Shown here in pieces: positions 1-10,939 of a stretch of 64,000 nt of DNA. Each line of letters opens with the position of its first letter. Position 1 is the stretch's first letter. The notes beneath the pieces are model-generated. The model did no database searches, was not told the origin of the DNA, and saw only the letters and a program-made list of their open reading frames with translations. Position numbers and translations under genes: made by a program. Source of the stretch: Cenococcum geophilum (lineage: Eukaryota); contig CP158636.1 in the NCBI GenBank assembly GCA_050273025.1, positions 9,362,001 through 9,426,000 of the forward strand. The letters are read 5' to 3'.

Positions 1-78
1 CTGCCAGATTAATATTACTGCTGTCTATAGCGTTAATCGATTTTTAGAATTTTTTAAGTTTTTTTTAAAGGGCGGAAA

Positions 79-750
79 TGTTGCTTATATTAGGAGTTAT
101 ATAACCTCCAAGAATACATGCTACTTAGGACAGCATATTAGCAGCCACGACTTCTCTATACTATAGTTAAGATTTTATATATACCGTACCTAGAGCTACT
201 TACAATAACTATTACCTATAGATCTACCAATTTATAAATTAAAAATTAGACGTAGTTAGAGCTATTAGTAGGGGTCATTAATCGTACTCCCCGTAACAAA
301 ATTTTAGATTTTAGTAATCCAAACTAATAAATTAAATTAAAAGTTCGGAACGTCTAAATAAGGTTCTACTAAAATGCTAGCTAGACCCTAACCTAGACCC
401 TTTCTAACCTATTAAATTCTAAAAATAACAACCTCTACTAAATTAAAAATTAACCTTATCCTTAATAAGCCATCTAATTAGATTTAATAGTTCTTTATTA
501 TCTAAGACACAGCTAAAACTAATAAGGTATAGCAGTATATTAACCTATCTAAGAAGAAAAATAATCTTCTAAAGCTAGAACTACTAAGTCGGCCTATACT
601 AAGGGATATACTACCTACGGCTATATTAATAGTAAAGCTAGACCTAAACTAGCTTACTACTTATAACTAGCTCTACGCCAAATATAAGGACGATCTACGC
701 GTACACTAGAAGTAAAAATAGGCTATAAATAATATTAATAACTATATCGT
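79..750 (+). mobile_element. Truncated Ty1/Copia remnant: probable 5' LTR (79-298) plus RIP-degraded gag N-terminus (~450-750)
   Basis: Termini TGTTGC...GTAACA (RIP of GCAACA). Back-corrected reading LILDKPSDWIRWFFIIQDTAKTDEVWQYIDPSKKKDDLPKLEPPSRP resembles the gag start of the Copia element at 61861 (VILSSQADWDEW...VWEYVDPSTKKDELP). Confidence 0.6.
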
Positions 751-943
751 TTGCCCTATATTGGTAGCCTACCTTTTACTTATTAACAGCCTTAGTAGTT
801 AGTTATATTAAATATTTAAGGCGTCTCTACTACTGTAGTAGCCACTATAGTAACAGAGACACCCTATATTTTGGTAAGCAATTAAGCCTATCTTATATAA
901 GAATCTTATACTATTAATACTTACTAAATCACGTGCTTGTAGG

Positions 944-1680
944 GCCTCCTCCTGTCTATAAATACTCCCTCCTCTATACCTTCCTCTTTTCTTCTTTCTT
1001 CTTCCTTATAAGAGCTAGAGGTGCTCTAATATCCCTCTCTAGTCCCCACTAAGGGATCTATTAGTTGATATAGCAATATAGATAGTATCAGACGATAAGA
1101 CGGGCAAGAGAGGATAGAAAGGATAGAGGAGCCTCCGGTATATATTAGTCGAGCAACGTCACTAGCTATATTATAGCTGCCTAATCTCCTATACTCACAG
1201 GCCTCCTCCCGTCTATAAATACTCCCTTCTCTATACCTTTCTCTCTTCTTTTCTTCTTCCTTATAAGAGCTAGAGGTACTCTAATACTCCTCCCTAGTCC
1301 CCACTAAGGGATCTATTAGTTAACGTAGCGATATAAATAGCATCTAATAAGGAAATAGGTAAGAGAGGAGATAGAAAAGACGGAGGGGCGTCTAGTAGGT
1401 ATTAGTCGAGCAATATTAATGTCTATATTATAGCTGCCTAATCTTTTATTCACAGGCCTCCTTCCGTCTATAACTACTCCCTCCTCTATACCTTTCTCTC
1501 TTCTTCTTTCTTCTTCCCTATAAGAGCTAGAGGCGCTCTAATATTCCTCCCTAGCCTCTACTAAGGGATTTATTAGTTAATATAGCGATATAGATAGCAT
1601 TGGACGAGGAGATAGATAAGAGAGGAGATAAAAAGGACGGAGGAACCTCCAGTAGGTATTAGTTGAGTAGCGTTAACAGC
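944..1680 (+). repeat. Three tandem copies of a ~256-bp unit, possibly exon+intron of a RIPed gene
   Basis: Units begin gcctcct(c/t)c..tctataa at 944, 1201 and 1456. Units 1 and 2 end in GTA..T...CTAAT...CACAG, an intron-like arrangement. Confidence 0.85.
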
Positions 1681-2592
1681 GGTTTTTGTTACCCAAAAAT
1701 TGCGTTATATAACGATATTTGGGAACGCAAATATATACCCCCGTCCTATACTTATACTACTACTAAATATTCTAGATTTTGCACTAAGAGCTGCTTATAA
1801 TAGGCATTTCTAAAAAATCTACCAGTTTAAAGCTCTATAATTAAACATTATTAACGTTTTATATAGGGGTTATTAATTAAGCTCCCGGGATATAATTTTT
1901 AAAGTTTAACACTATACTAATATTACGACCTTCTTGCAGTAGCTAAGCCACCCCTAATCTCCTCCCCCTCCTCCCCCCTCCTATTACTCGGCGCTGGGCT
2001 ATTATATTATTGCTAAGCCATTACGTTATTATACGTCCGAACTAGGTAGGCAATAATATAGTTACTTAATTATGTCAGACGTCTCTATATATAGTTATAT
2101 CTCTTCCTACACGCGTATTTAATTAAGTTAGGGTAGTAAACTTACTTTAATTCTGGCTATACGGCGATTTAGTTATTAGGCATTAAAAATATTTAGTATA
2201 TAAAGCTTTAAATTAGAATTATAATCTTTTATATCAGATCCTACGTAGAGGGCTCTATATTAAAGCTCTGCAGTCCAAATATATACTAGATTTATAACCA
2301 ATATAATCCTTAAGCCCAGCTTAAGTAGGGCGCCTTAGTCACTGTAGTAGATCCTTACCTAGTAGTAACTAAGGCGCCTTAATCTTACTACTACTTCTAA
2401 ATTAAGCAAAAGCTCTATATAGGGGAGTCCCAGGGGGTCTCCCCCTGGAAAACCTTATCTCTATATATATTAATTAAAGTCTATATAATAAAGCTCTAAA
2501 GTTAATTAGCTTATTACTTATAAACTTGGGTTAAAATTTACGTTGGGGGATTAACGTTCCGCATGTTAGTAGGTAAACACCGACCAACGCGT

Positions 2593-2866
2593 CGTCTCTA
2601 CGAAAGTCTCTATAAAAGTCTCTACGAGAGTCTCTACGAAAGCCTCTACGAACGTCTTTACGAACGTCTCTATGAACGGCTCTACAATCGCCCATACAAT
2701 CGTCTGTATGAACGTCTCTACCATCGTCTCTACCATTGTCTGCACGAACGTCTGCACGAACGTCTGCACGAACGTCTGCACAAACGTCTACATAAACGTC
2801 TATACGAACGTCTGCACGAACGTCTACACAAATATCTGCACAAACGCCTACACAAAGCTCTATATA
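2593..2866. repeat. 12-bp tandem array (consensus ~CGTCTGCACGAA/CGTCTCTACGAA)
   Basis: About 20 directly visible degenerate 12-mers. These produce the spurious LYER/QTFV/NVCT ORFs. Confidence 0.95.
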
Positions 2867-2899
2867 AAGTTGTTACAGGCTTTTAAAAAACAAGCCTAA

Positions 2900-3320
2900 A
2901 TACAAGCTCTATATAGAGAAGCTCTATACAAAGCTCTGCACGACGCTCTGCCTAAGGCTCTACTTAAGGCTCTATATAAGGCTCTGCTCGAAGCTCTATT
3001 AAAGCTCTACCCAGTTATATACTACCTAAATAAAACGTATACCGACCAGCTTTGGAGTTATATTAGACAGTTCCGAACCCTAGAATATTAAGCATTAAAC
3101 GGTTTAATAAAGCTTTAAGCAGAGCTTTAAGTAGAGCTTTAATAGAGTTTTGTATAGAGCTTTAATAGAGCTTTAAGCAGAGCTTTAATAGAGCTTTAAG
3201 CAGAGCTTTAATAGAGCTTTAAGCAGAGCTTTAAGTAGAGCTTTAAGTAGAGCTTCAGTAGGGCTTTAAGCAGAGCTTTAATAGGCAGAGCTTTAAGCAG
3301 AGCTTCGAGCAGAGCTTTAA
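2900..3320. repeat. GCTCTGCTCGAA-type array (2900-3012) followed by its reverse complement TTCGAGCAGAGC array (3110-3320)
   Basis: gctctgctcgaagctct near 2980 versus agagcttcgagcagagc near 3300. Units are 11-12 bp. Confidence 0.9.
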
Positions 3321-3584
3321 TCTTTAGAGGAGTTAAAGAGGCTAGAGGAGTTAAAGGGTTATAGCGCAGGTCGCCATATTGTTATTAGTAATACCGCTTG
3401 CTTTAAGGCATTAAGAGAGGATTTGCGTATAAGTTGGCATAATAAGACACGTCGAGAAATTTCGACCTGTAATTTTAGAACTTTATATTAGCTAAAATGT
3501 ATAAATAAGTATATAGATAAATAAAGCAGCCCTTAAAATATAATCGATTATCTTTTAAAGTGGTTAACTAGTTAACTGGTGAAG

Positions 3585-6503
3585 ATACTATTGGTGTTTA
3601 CGGCTCGGCTGAGCGCCCGCTTAGTCGCTGAGCCGCACGTAACGCATATAACCCCCATTGACATTCGCGGATATCCACGGCCGAGCCTACAGCTAAGCCG
3701 TGGACATCTTTAAATGTCTTTACCCCTACTGATTGAGTCGCTAATACGCGCGTACTATTGGCCTATTGGCCTAGCCGTGCGCCCGTTTATTTACCCTATG
3801 CGGTAAGGTTACTTATTTAGTAGGTATACTTTCTCTACCTTTCCTCCCTAGTTTATATCTGCGTATATAGGAAAATAGGAACCCCCTCTTAGGGCGCAGC
3901 TTCTTTAGCAGCGTCCTATATATCTTAAAAATGACGTTAATTAGTCGCGTAAAGATTAACGTCATAAATAATGCCGAACTACGCGCTAATACACAGAGTA
4001 TCCTTACCCTTATGCGTTCCGAGAGACCTAAAAATATATTTTTAAATTATAAGCTAAAGTAGAAAGAGTTTAAGGTAAGTAGGTAGGTGCTTTACGGAGT
4101 AGTATACTTATAACTAACGCGCGTCTTTCTAGGCCTTTTATAAGCGGAAGCAGTACTATAACGGCGATACTATTATAGAAGAGAAGCTACTTTTTTTCCT
4201 TATTAAGGAGGTTATAGGCTAGCCACTAAAAGTAAAAAGCCGTAAGGCTAGTAATAACGTGCCCTAAGACGAGATGCGGCTCTCCTAGCGCTTAGTTCGC
4301 GGCTATATTACTGCCTTAATAGACCTTTACTAGACGCAGAAGTGTATAGGGATAAATAGCCACTAGTCCCCGCGGGAGGATAATATTAGGGATTACCTAA
4401 AGGTTCTATAACGGAGGGACGCGTAGTGGAAAAAAAAGTAGTTCGCAGATAAGGGTAGGGACACGCTACTTAATAGATATATAGAGAACGAGTTTAAGAG
4501 CGTCTGCCGTAAGCTATAGGCCTATAGAGACTCCTTACCAGAATGCTACCTCCGCACGCTTATAGATATCCTACTAGGCCACTATATACTTACCCGCGGC
4601 GGCAATAGGCGCTCCGCTAAGATCTTAGACCTATTTACCTTTAAGTTTAAGGGGGAAGGTCCTATACGCTATATACCCCTAATATTTACTATACGCGCTA
4701 GTAAGTAGAACTAGTATAGCCGCCTTAAGACTATTAGAGCTCTATATAATAAGAAGCTGCTTATTTATATACTTAGCGGGCTAGCTTTTTACCTCTTATA
4801 CCGCTAGGACCTTAGCAACAAGCCGTTTTTAGACTTTAGTAAATAGTTAGCGTAGTATAATATCCGCCTAATTAAGAGCAGCGTTAGGGACTATAAGACA
4901 GCCTTTTTATATAACTTGTAGCGGGAGTAGGTTGCTAAGGCATTCTAGGCTATTAGCGTCTTTTTATAAAAGAAGACCTATATTAGGCGAAGCGCTAGCG
5001 CTAAGACAGTAGAGCTAAAAGGGGTTAGTAAGGACTAGATTAAACGCGCTAGTAGGTAGAACTAGGAGTAGATAATTAGCTATTATTTAAACTCGCTACC
5101 GCGGGAGTTTATACGGACGATAGCCGGCTATTTACCATAGATAGGCTGCTTTAAGATTTATAGGGTAAGCGTCGCCCCCCCTAATATACTACTGTCGACA
5201 ATCTAGCTAGAGCTAGACGTCTAAAAGGGTTAGTTTAGCCCTTAGGTTGGCTAGGTTAATAACATTATAGCTATAAGCGCTACAAACCTTCTGTTTTATC
5301 TCTAGGAGGTTATCCTATAGGACTTAGTAGTCCTCTGCGAGATATTCCTAAGCAGCCCTATATAAAACTACCTGGTCTTTTAGTATAAGGCCTATCTACC
5401 CTTCGCGCAAAAGGTTAAAGCCTGCCTATAATAGGAGGAAGAAGGCCCTAGCTAGCTATTAATACTCTACTAGGCTATACTGGCTATTATAAACCGCCTA
5501 AAGACTATAGACGCCTAAGCACGCGAGCTATAGGCATTGTTTAACTATATAACCGAGTCCTAGTGGGCGTAGTCTTTACAGCTTTAATTGCTTACGTTTA
5601 GCAGCCTTACCTTTTGGCTTAAGGTCCCTTTAGCGCCTATATATTCGCGTCTAACATTATATTTACTAGCGCCTCTATTTATTGCGGAATTAAGCCAGAA
5701 TATATTGGCTCGGGTAAGCACTATAGCTTCCCCTTTACTAGCGCCGCCGTAGCTATAGCTATAGCTATAGCCGTAATAAGGGCCTAAGCCTAAGTAGCCG
5801 CCTAAGCAGCCGCCTGTATATTATATATACTATATAGTAAAGTCTATATAGGCCCTTTAGCGCAAGTAGACTAAAGGGCTTAGAGGTAATCCTTTTATAG
5901 TAGCGCTAGATTTTAAATAGGGTAGTAGATAGTAGGCCAGCCAGCAAAATAAGCTTTAATAGTACTTTCTACGGCTTAAGGTTATTAAGGAGATTAGGCA
6001 GATCGCGTAGGCTTAAAGGGTTAGTAAGGAAGCGGCTATATAGTAGGTTAATTAACAGCAGAAGCGGATATAGTGCTTACTAGATCAGCTTTATAAACGG
6101 CTTTAAGCGGGTAGAAAAGCTTTAAAATAGTATATATATCCAACTTCGAAGGAGTTCTCTTAAAGCCTTTATCTATAGCCCCTTAGGGGCTTATTTTAGT
6201 GCGGTATAAGTTTAGTAGGGTATTTATATAATAGCGGCGCCTAATCTAAAACGTAAATATCTCTATTAACCTACGGCCAATTCTTGCCATCCTAGTGCGA
6301 GCAGAGAGCCCTTGGACAGCTCTACGTATACCACTTAATAGGTATTAAGAGCGCGACGTTACTACGGCGTTGCTAGCGATTAAAGATTGACTGTGGATAT
6401 AGGGTAATATTTATATACCGCTAAGCATACAGGCCTCCTGCTTACTAAATCGTAACTTAGCGGCTAATTTAGCTATATAAATTGAACCGTAGATATATTA
6501 TTG
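3585..6503 (+). mobile_element. CryptonF-type tyrosine-recombinase DNA transposon, family A, copy 1 of a tandem dimer
   Basis: 2910-bp unit bounded by ATACTATTG (3585-3593) and ATATTATTG (6495-6503). It contains a YR + GCR1_C pseudogene and has no TIR/TSD architecture. Confidence 0.9.
3931..6130 (+). pseudogene. Crypton tyrosine recombinase (Ndc10-like YR domain + C-terminal GCR1_C), RIP-inactivated; intron 4075-4132
   Basis: ATG at 3931. Back-corrected motifs RPKNT..YEPKQKEF, LLGHYMLTRGGDRR, GKQNQHGRLE, KKTHVGRSAGAKTAELKGVSEDQIRRAGRW..M..CYL, and C-terminal MCRTVKSVQALWREWTEGLGGNPSIAALDSKWGSRWR. Intron GTAAGT..ACTAAC..TAG. Confidence 0.9.
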
Positions 6504-9412
6504 GTGTTTACGGCTTAGCTAAGCGCCTACTTAGTCGCTAAGCCGTATATAACACATATAACCCCTATTAATATTTGCGGATATTTACGGCCGAGCCTAT
6601 AGCTAAGCCGTAGATATCTTTAAATATCTTTACCCCTACTAATTAAGTCGCTAATGCGCGCGTATTATTGGCCTATTGGCCTAGCTATACGCCCGTTTAT
6701 TTACCCTATATAGTAAAGTTACTTATCTAGTAAGTATACTTTCTTTACCTCTCCTCCCCGGTTTATATCTGCGTATATAGGAAAATAGGAACCCCCCCTT
6801 AGGGCGCAGCTTCTCTAGCAGCATCCTATATATCTTAAAAATGCCGTCAATTAGTCGCGTAAAGATTAATATTGTAAATAATGCCGAACTACGCGCTAAC
6901 GCGTAGAGTATCCTTACCTTTACGCGTTTTAAGAGATTTAAAAATATATCTTTAAATTATAAGCTAAAGCAGAAAGAGTTTAAGGTAAGTAGGTAGGTGC
7001 TTTATAAAGTAGTATACTTATAACTAACGCGCGTCTTCCTAGGCCTTTTATAAGCGGAAGTAGTACTATAACGGCGATACCGTTATAGAAGAGAAGCTAC
7101 TTTTTTTCCTTATTAAGGAGGTTATAGGCTGGCCACTAAAAGTAAAAAGCTATAAGGCTAGTAATAATATGCCCTAGGACGAAACGCGGCTCTCTTAACG
7201 CTTAGTTTACGGCTATATTACTACCCTAATAGACCTTTACCAGACGTAGAAGGGTATAGGGATAAATAGCTACTAGTCCCTATAGGAGGATAATATTAGG
7301 GATTACCTAAAGGTTCTATAACGGAGGGATATATAGCGGAAAAAGGAGCAGTTTATAAATAAGGGTAGGGATATACTACTTAACGGATATATAGAGGACG
7401 AGTTTAAGAGCGTTTGCTATAAGCTATAGGCCTACGGAGACTCCTTACTAAAATGCTACCTCCGCACGCTTGTGGATATCCTATTAGGCTACTATATACT
7501 TACCCACGGCGGCAATAAGCGCTCCGCTAAGATCTTAGACCGATTTATCTTTAAGTTTAAGGGGGAAGGTTCTATACGCTATATACCCCTAATATTTATT
7601 ATACGCGCTAGTAAGTAGAACTAGTATAGCCGCCTTAAGACTATCGGAGCTCTATATAATAAAAAGCCGCTTATTTATATACTTAGTGGGCTAGCTTTTT
7701 ACCTCCTATACTATTAGGACCTTAGCAACAAGCCGTTCCTAGACTTTAGTAAGCGGTTAGTATAGTATAATATCTACCTAATTAAGAGCAGCGCTGGGGA
7801 CTGTAAGACGGCCTTCTTATATAACTCGCAGTAAGAGTAGGTTACTAAGGCATTTTAGGCCATTAGTGTCTTTTTATAAAAGAAGACCTATATTAGGCGA
7901 AGCGCTAGCGCTAAAACAGCGGAGCTAAAAGGGGTTAGTAAGGACTAGATTAGACGCGCTAGCAGGTAAAACTAAAAGTAAATAGTTAGCTACTATTTAA
8001 ACTCGCTGCCGCGGGAGTTTATACAGACGATAGCCAGCTATTTACCGTAGATAGGCTGCTTTAAGATTTGCAGGGTAAGCGTCGCCCCCCTAATATACTA
8101 CTGTTGACGATTTAGCTAGAGCTGGACGTCTAAAAGGGTTAGTTTAGCCCTTAGGTTAGCTAGGTTAACAACCTTACGGTTATAAGCGCCACGAACCTCC
8201 TATTTTATCTTTAGGAGGTTATTCTATAGGACTTAATAGTCCTCTACAAGATGTTTCTAAGCAACCCTATATAGAACTACCTGGTCTTTTAGTATAAGGC
8301 CTATCTACCCTTTACGCAGAAGGTTGAAGCCTACCTATAGTAGGAGGAAGAAGGCCCTAGCTAGCTATTAATACTCTACTAGGCTGTACTAGCTATTTCG
8401 GACCGCCTAAAGACTATAAACGCCCGAGTACGCGAGCTATAGGCGTTGTTTAACCGTATAGCTAAGTCCTAGTAGGCGCAGTCTTTATAGCTTTAATTAC
8501 TTACGTCTAGCAGCCTTACCTTTCAGCTTAAGGTCCCTTCGGCACCTATATATTCGCGTTTAACGGTATATCTACTAGCGTCTTTATCTATCGCGGAATT
8601 AAGCTAGGATATATTAGCCTAGGTAAGCGCTATAGCTTCCCCTTTACTAGCGCCGCCGTAGCTATAGCTATAGCTATAGCCGTAGTAAGGGCCTAAGCCT
8701 AAGTAGCCGCCTAAGTAGCCGCCCGTATATTGTATATGCTATATTGTAAAGTCTGTATAGGCCCTTTAGCGCGAGTAGACTAAAGGGCTTAGAGGTAATC
8801 CTTTTATAGTAGCGCTAGATTCTAAATAGGGCAGTAAATAGTAGGCTAGCTAGCAAAATGAGCTCTAATAGTACTCCCTATGGCTTAAGGTTATTAAGGA
8901 GATTAGGCGGGTCGCGTAGGCCTAAAGGGTTAGTAAGAAAGCGGCTATATAGTAGGTTAATTAACAGCAGAAGCGGATATAGTGCTCGCTAGATTAGCTT
9001 TATAAACGGCTTTAAGTAGGTAAAAAAGCTTTAAAATAGTATATATATCTGACTTCTAAGAAGTTCTCTTAAAGCCTTTATCTATAGCCCCTTAGGGGCT
9101 CATTTTGGTGCGGTATAAGTTTAGTGGGGTACTTATATAATAGCGGCGCCTAATCTAAAACGCAAATATCTCTATTAACCCACGGCCAATTCTTGCCATC
9201 CTAGTGCGAGTAGAGAGCCCTTAGACAGCTTTACGCATACCGCTTAATGGGTGTTAAGAGCGCGACATTACTGTGGCGTTGCTGGCGATTAAAGATCGAC
9301 TGTAGATATAGGGTAATATCTATATACCGCTAAGCGTACAGGCCTCCTACCTGCCAAATCGTGACTTAGCGGCTAATTTAGCTATATAAATCGAACCATG
9401 GATATACTATTG
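6495..9412 (+). mobile_element. CryptonF family A, copy 2 of the tandem dimer
   Basis: Colinear with 3585-6503. Differences are mostly transitions plus a 1-bp indel near 8090. Ends ccatggatATACTATTG at 9404-9412. Confidence 0.9.
6841..9039 (+). pseudogene. Crypton tyrosine recombinase + GCR1_C, copy 2, RIP-inactivated
   Basis: ATG CCG TCA at 6841. Same motifs and intron as copy 1. Confidence 0.9.
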
Positions 9413-9699
9413 CTCTTTAGTAGCGTCGCGTTTAATTAATAAGTCGGTACCTATATATTTTTGCACTAAAGGCCTTTAAACGGCAACTAAGATAGCATTA
9501 TTAAGTAATCCTAACTAACCCTAATTCTATTATACTAGTAAGGGTCTAGTAAAGCTATACTACTTAAGTACTAGCGAGATTTACTGTCTTAGTTGCCGGC
9601 TAAGTCGCTTACTAAGATAAGTGGTAAGTTATAGGGTAATGCGAGCCTTGGTAGTATAGTGGGCTATACACACTAAACCGCTAACGTTAAAATTTGCCA

Positions 9700-10656
9700 T
9701 TTAAACCACGATTTAAACCACGATTTAAAGCTTTGATTTAAAGCCTTAATTTAAAGTTCCTCTTGGTTTAATGCTTTGATTTAGGGCCTTTTAACTCTAT
9801 ATTTACGTAGAGCTTTATATAAAGCTTTATACGGAGGCTTTATATATAAAGGCTCTATATATAGATGCTCTACACAAGGCTTTGCGCGGGGCTCTATATT
9901 AGGGACTTTATATATAGAGGCTCTAATATATAGATGCTCTGCGTATAGAGGCTCTATATATAGAGCTCTACGTATAGAGGTTCTATACGACACTTTATAT
10001 AACGCTTTACATTATAGACTGCGTATAGAGGCTCTACGTATAAAGGCCCTATATATAGAGGCTCTATATACGGAAGTTCTATATAACACTTTATACAACG
10101 CTCTATATACGGAGGCTCTGTGTATAAAGGCTCTATATACAGAGGCTCTATACAACGCTCTATACGACGCTTTATATCGAAGACTCTGCGAGTAAAGGCT
10201 CTGCACAAAGCTATATACGTAAAGCCTCTATATATAGAGTCTTTAATATAGAGTGTCGTATAGAGCCCCCTTATATAGAGCCTCTATACGCAGAGCCTTT
10301 ATACGCAAAACCTCTATATACGGAACCTTTATATATAGAGCGTTGTGCAGAGCATTGTATAAAGCCTTTATACGCAGAGCCTTTATATACAAAGCCTCTA
10401 TATAGAGAGTCTTTAATATAGAGCGTTATATAGTGTTATATAGAGTATTATATAAAGCTTCTATATATAGAGCCTTTAGTAAAGAGCGTTATATAAGCGT
10501 CTATTTATTAAAATATTTATAAAGACAATTATAGAGGTGTATATAGAGACGACTATAAAAGTATTTATAAAAATAATTATAAAGGCGTTTATTAAAACAA
10601 TTAGAGGTATTTATAATAATGTTTATAGAAATATTTATATAAGCGTTCTTAGAGAC
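9700..10656. repeat. Composite array: ATTTAAACCACG 12-mers (9700-9785), AGAGGCTCT-core array (9792-10210), its inverse AGAGCCTCT array (10220-10495), and a RIPed inverse of the 2593-2866 12-mer array (10500-10656)
   Basis: Periodicity is visible directly. tttatagaaata is the RIP product of ttcgtagagacg, the reverse complement of cgtctctacgaa. Confidence 0.85.
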
Positions 10657-10939
10657 CCCCTAATACAGTAACATAATATATAATAATAATAATTCTTTGC
10701 TTAACGTCCGATTTAGATCCCTATTAGGCCTACGCGGACTACTCCTTATATATATATAGGGAGAAAACTCTATTTAAGAAAACCCCGTAATCTATCTCCC
10801 TACCTTTTAGGACTTGCCTATAAGGCGCCTGCGGGGCGCCTACAAGTTACCTATAGTGCTCCTACTACCTTATTTTTTAACCTCCTTAGGAACCACTGCT
10901 GCCGTAACAAGCCTATAGACGCGCTAGTATCGCACACGT

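Noticed and set aside
2563..2899. ORF-track calls 2563-2886 (+), 2566-2781 (-) and 2672-2899 (+)
   Set aside because: They are open only because of the 12-bp tandem repeat; periodic peptides appear in several frames at once.
3931..9039. Tyrosine recombinase as a Starship captain (DUF3435) or host centromere protein Ndc10
   Set aside because: Motifs and the C-terminal GCR1_C fit CryptonF. The ORFs lie in compact ~3-kb repeated units with short terminal cores and are RIPed.
9781..10208. ORF-track calls within the AGAGGCTCT array
   Set aside because: Repeat-derived periodic peptides with no domain evidence.
2564..10673. TGTTA...TAACA as Ginger-like termini of the array element
   Set aside because: Only a 5-bp match with no TSD, and the right-hand TAACA lies within the LINE target-site duplication.
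10824..10842. gcgcctgcggggcgcct in the LINE 3' UTR resembling tcgcctgcgggtcgcct in the 23853 solo LTR
   Set aside because: The match is too short and does not extend into the flanks.
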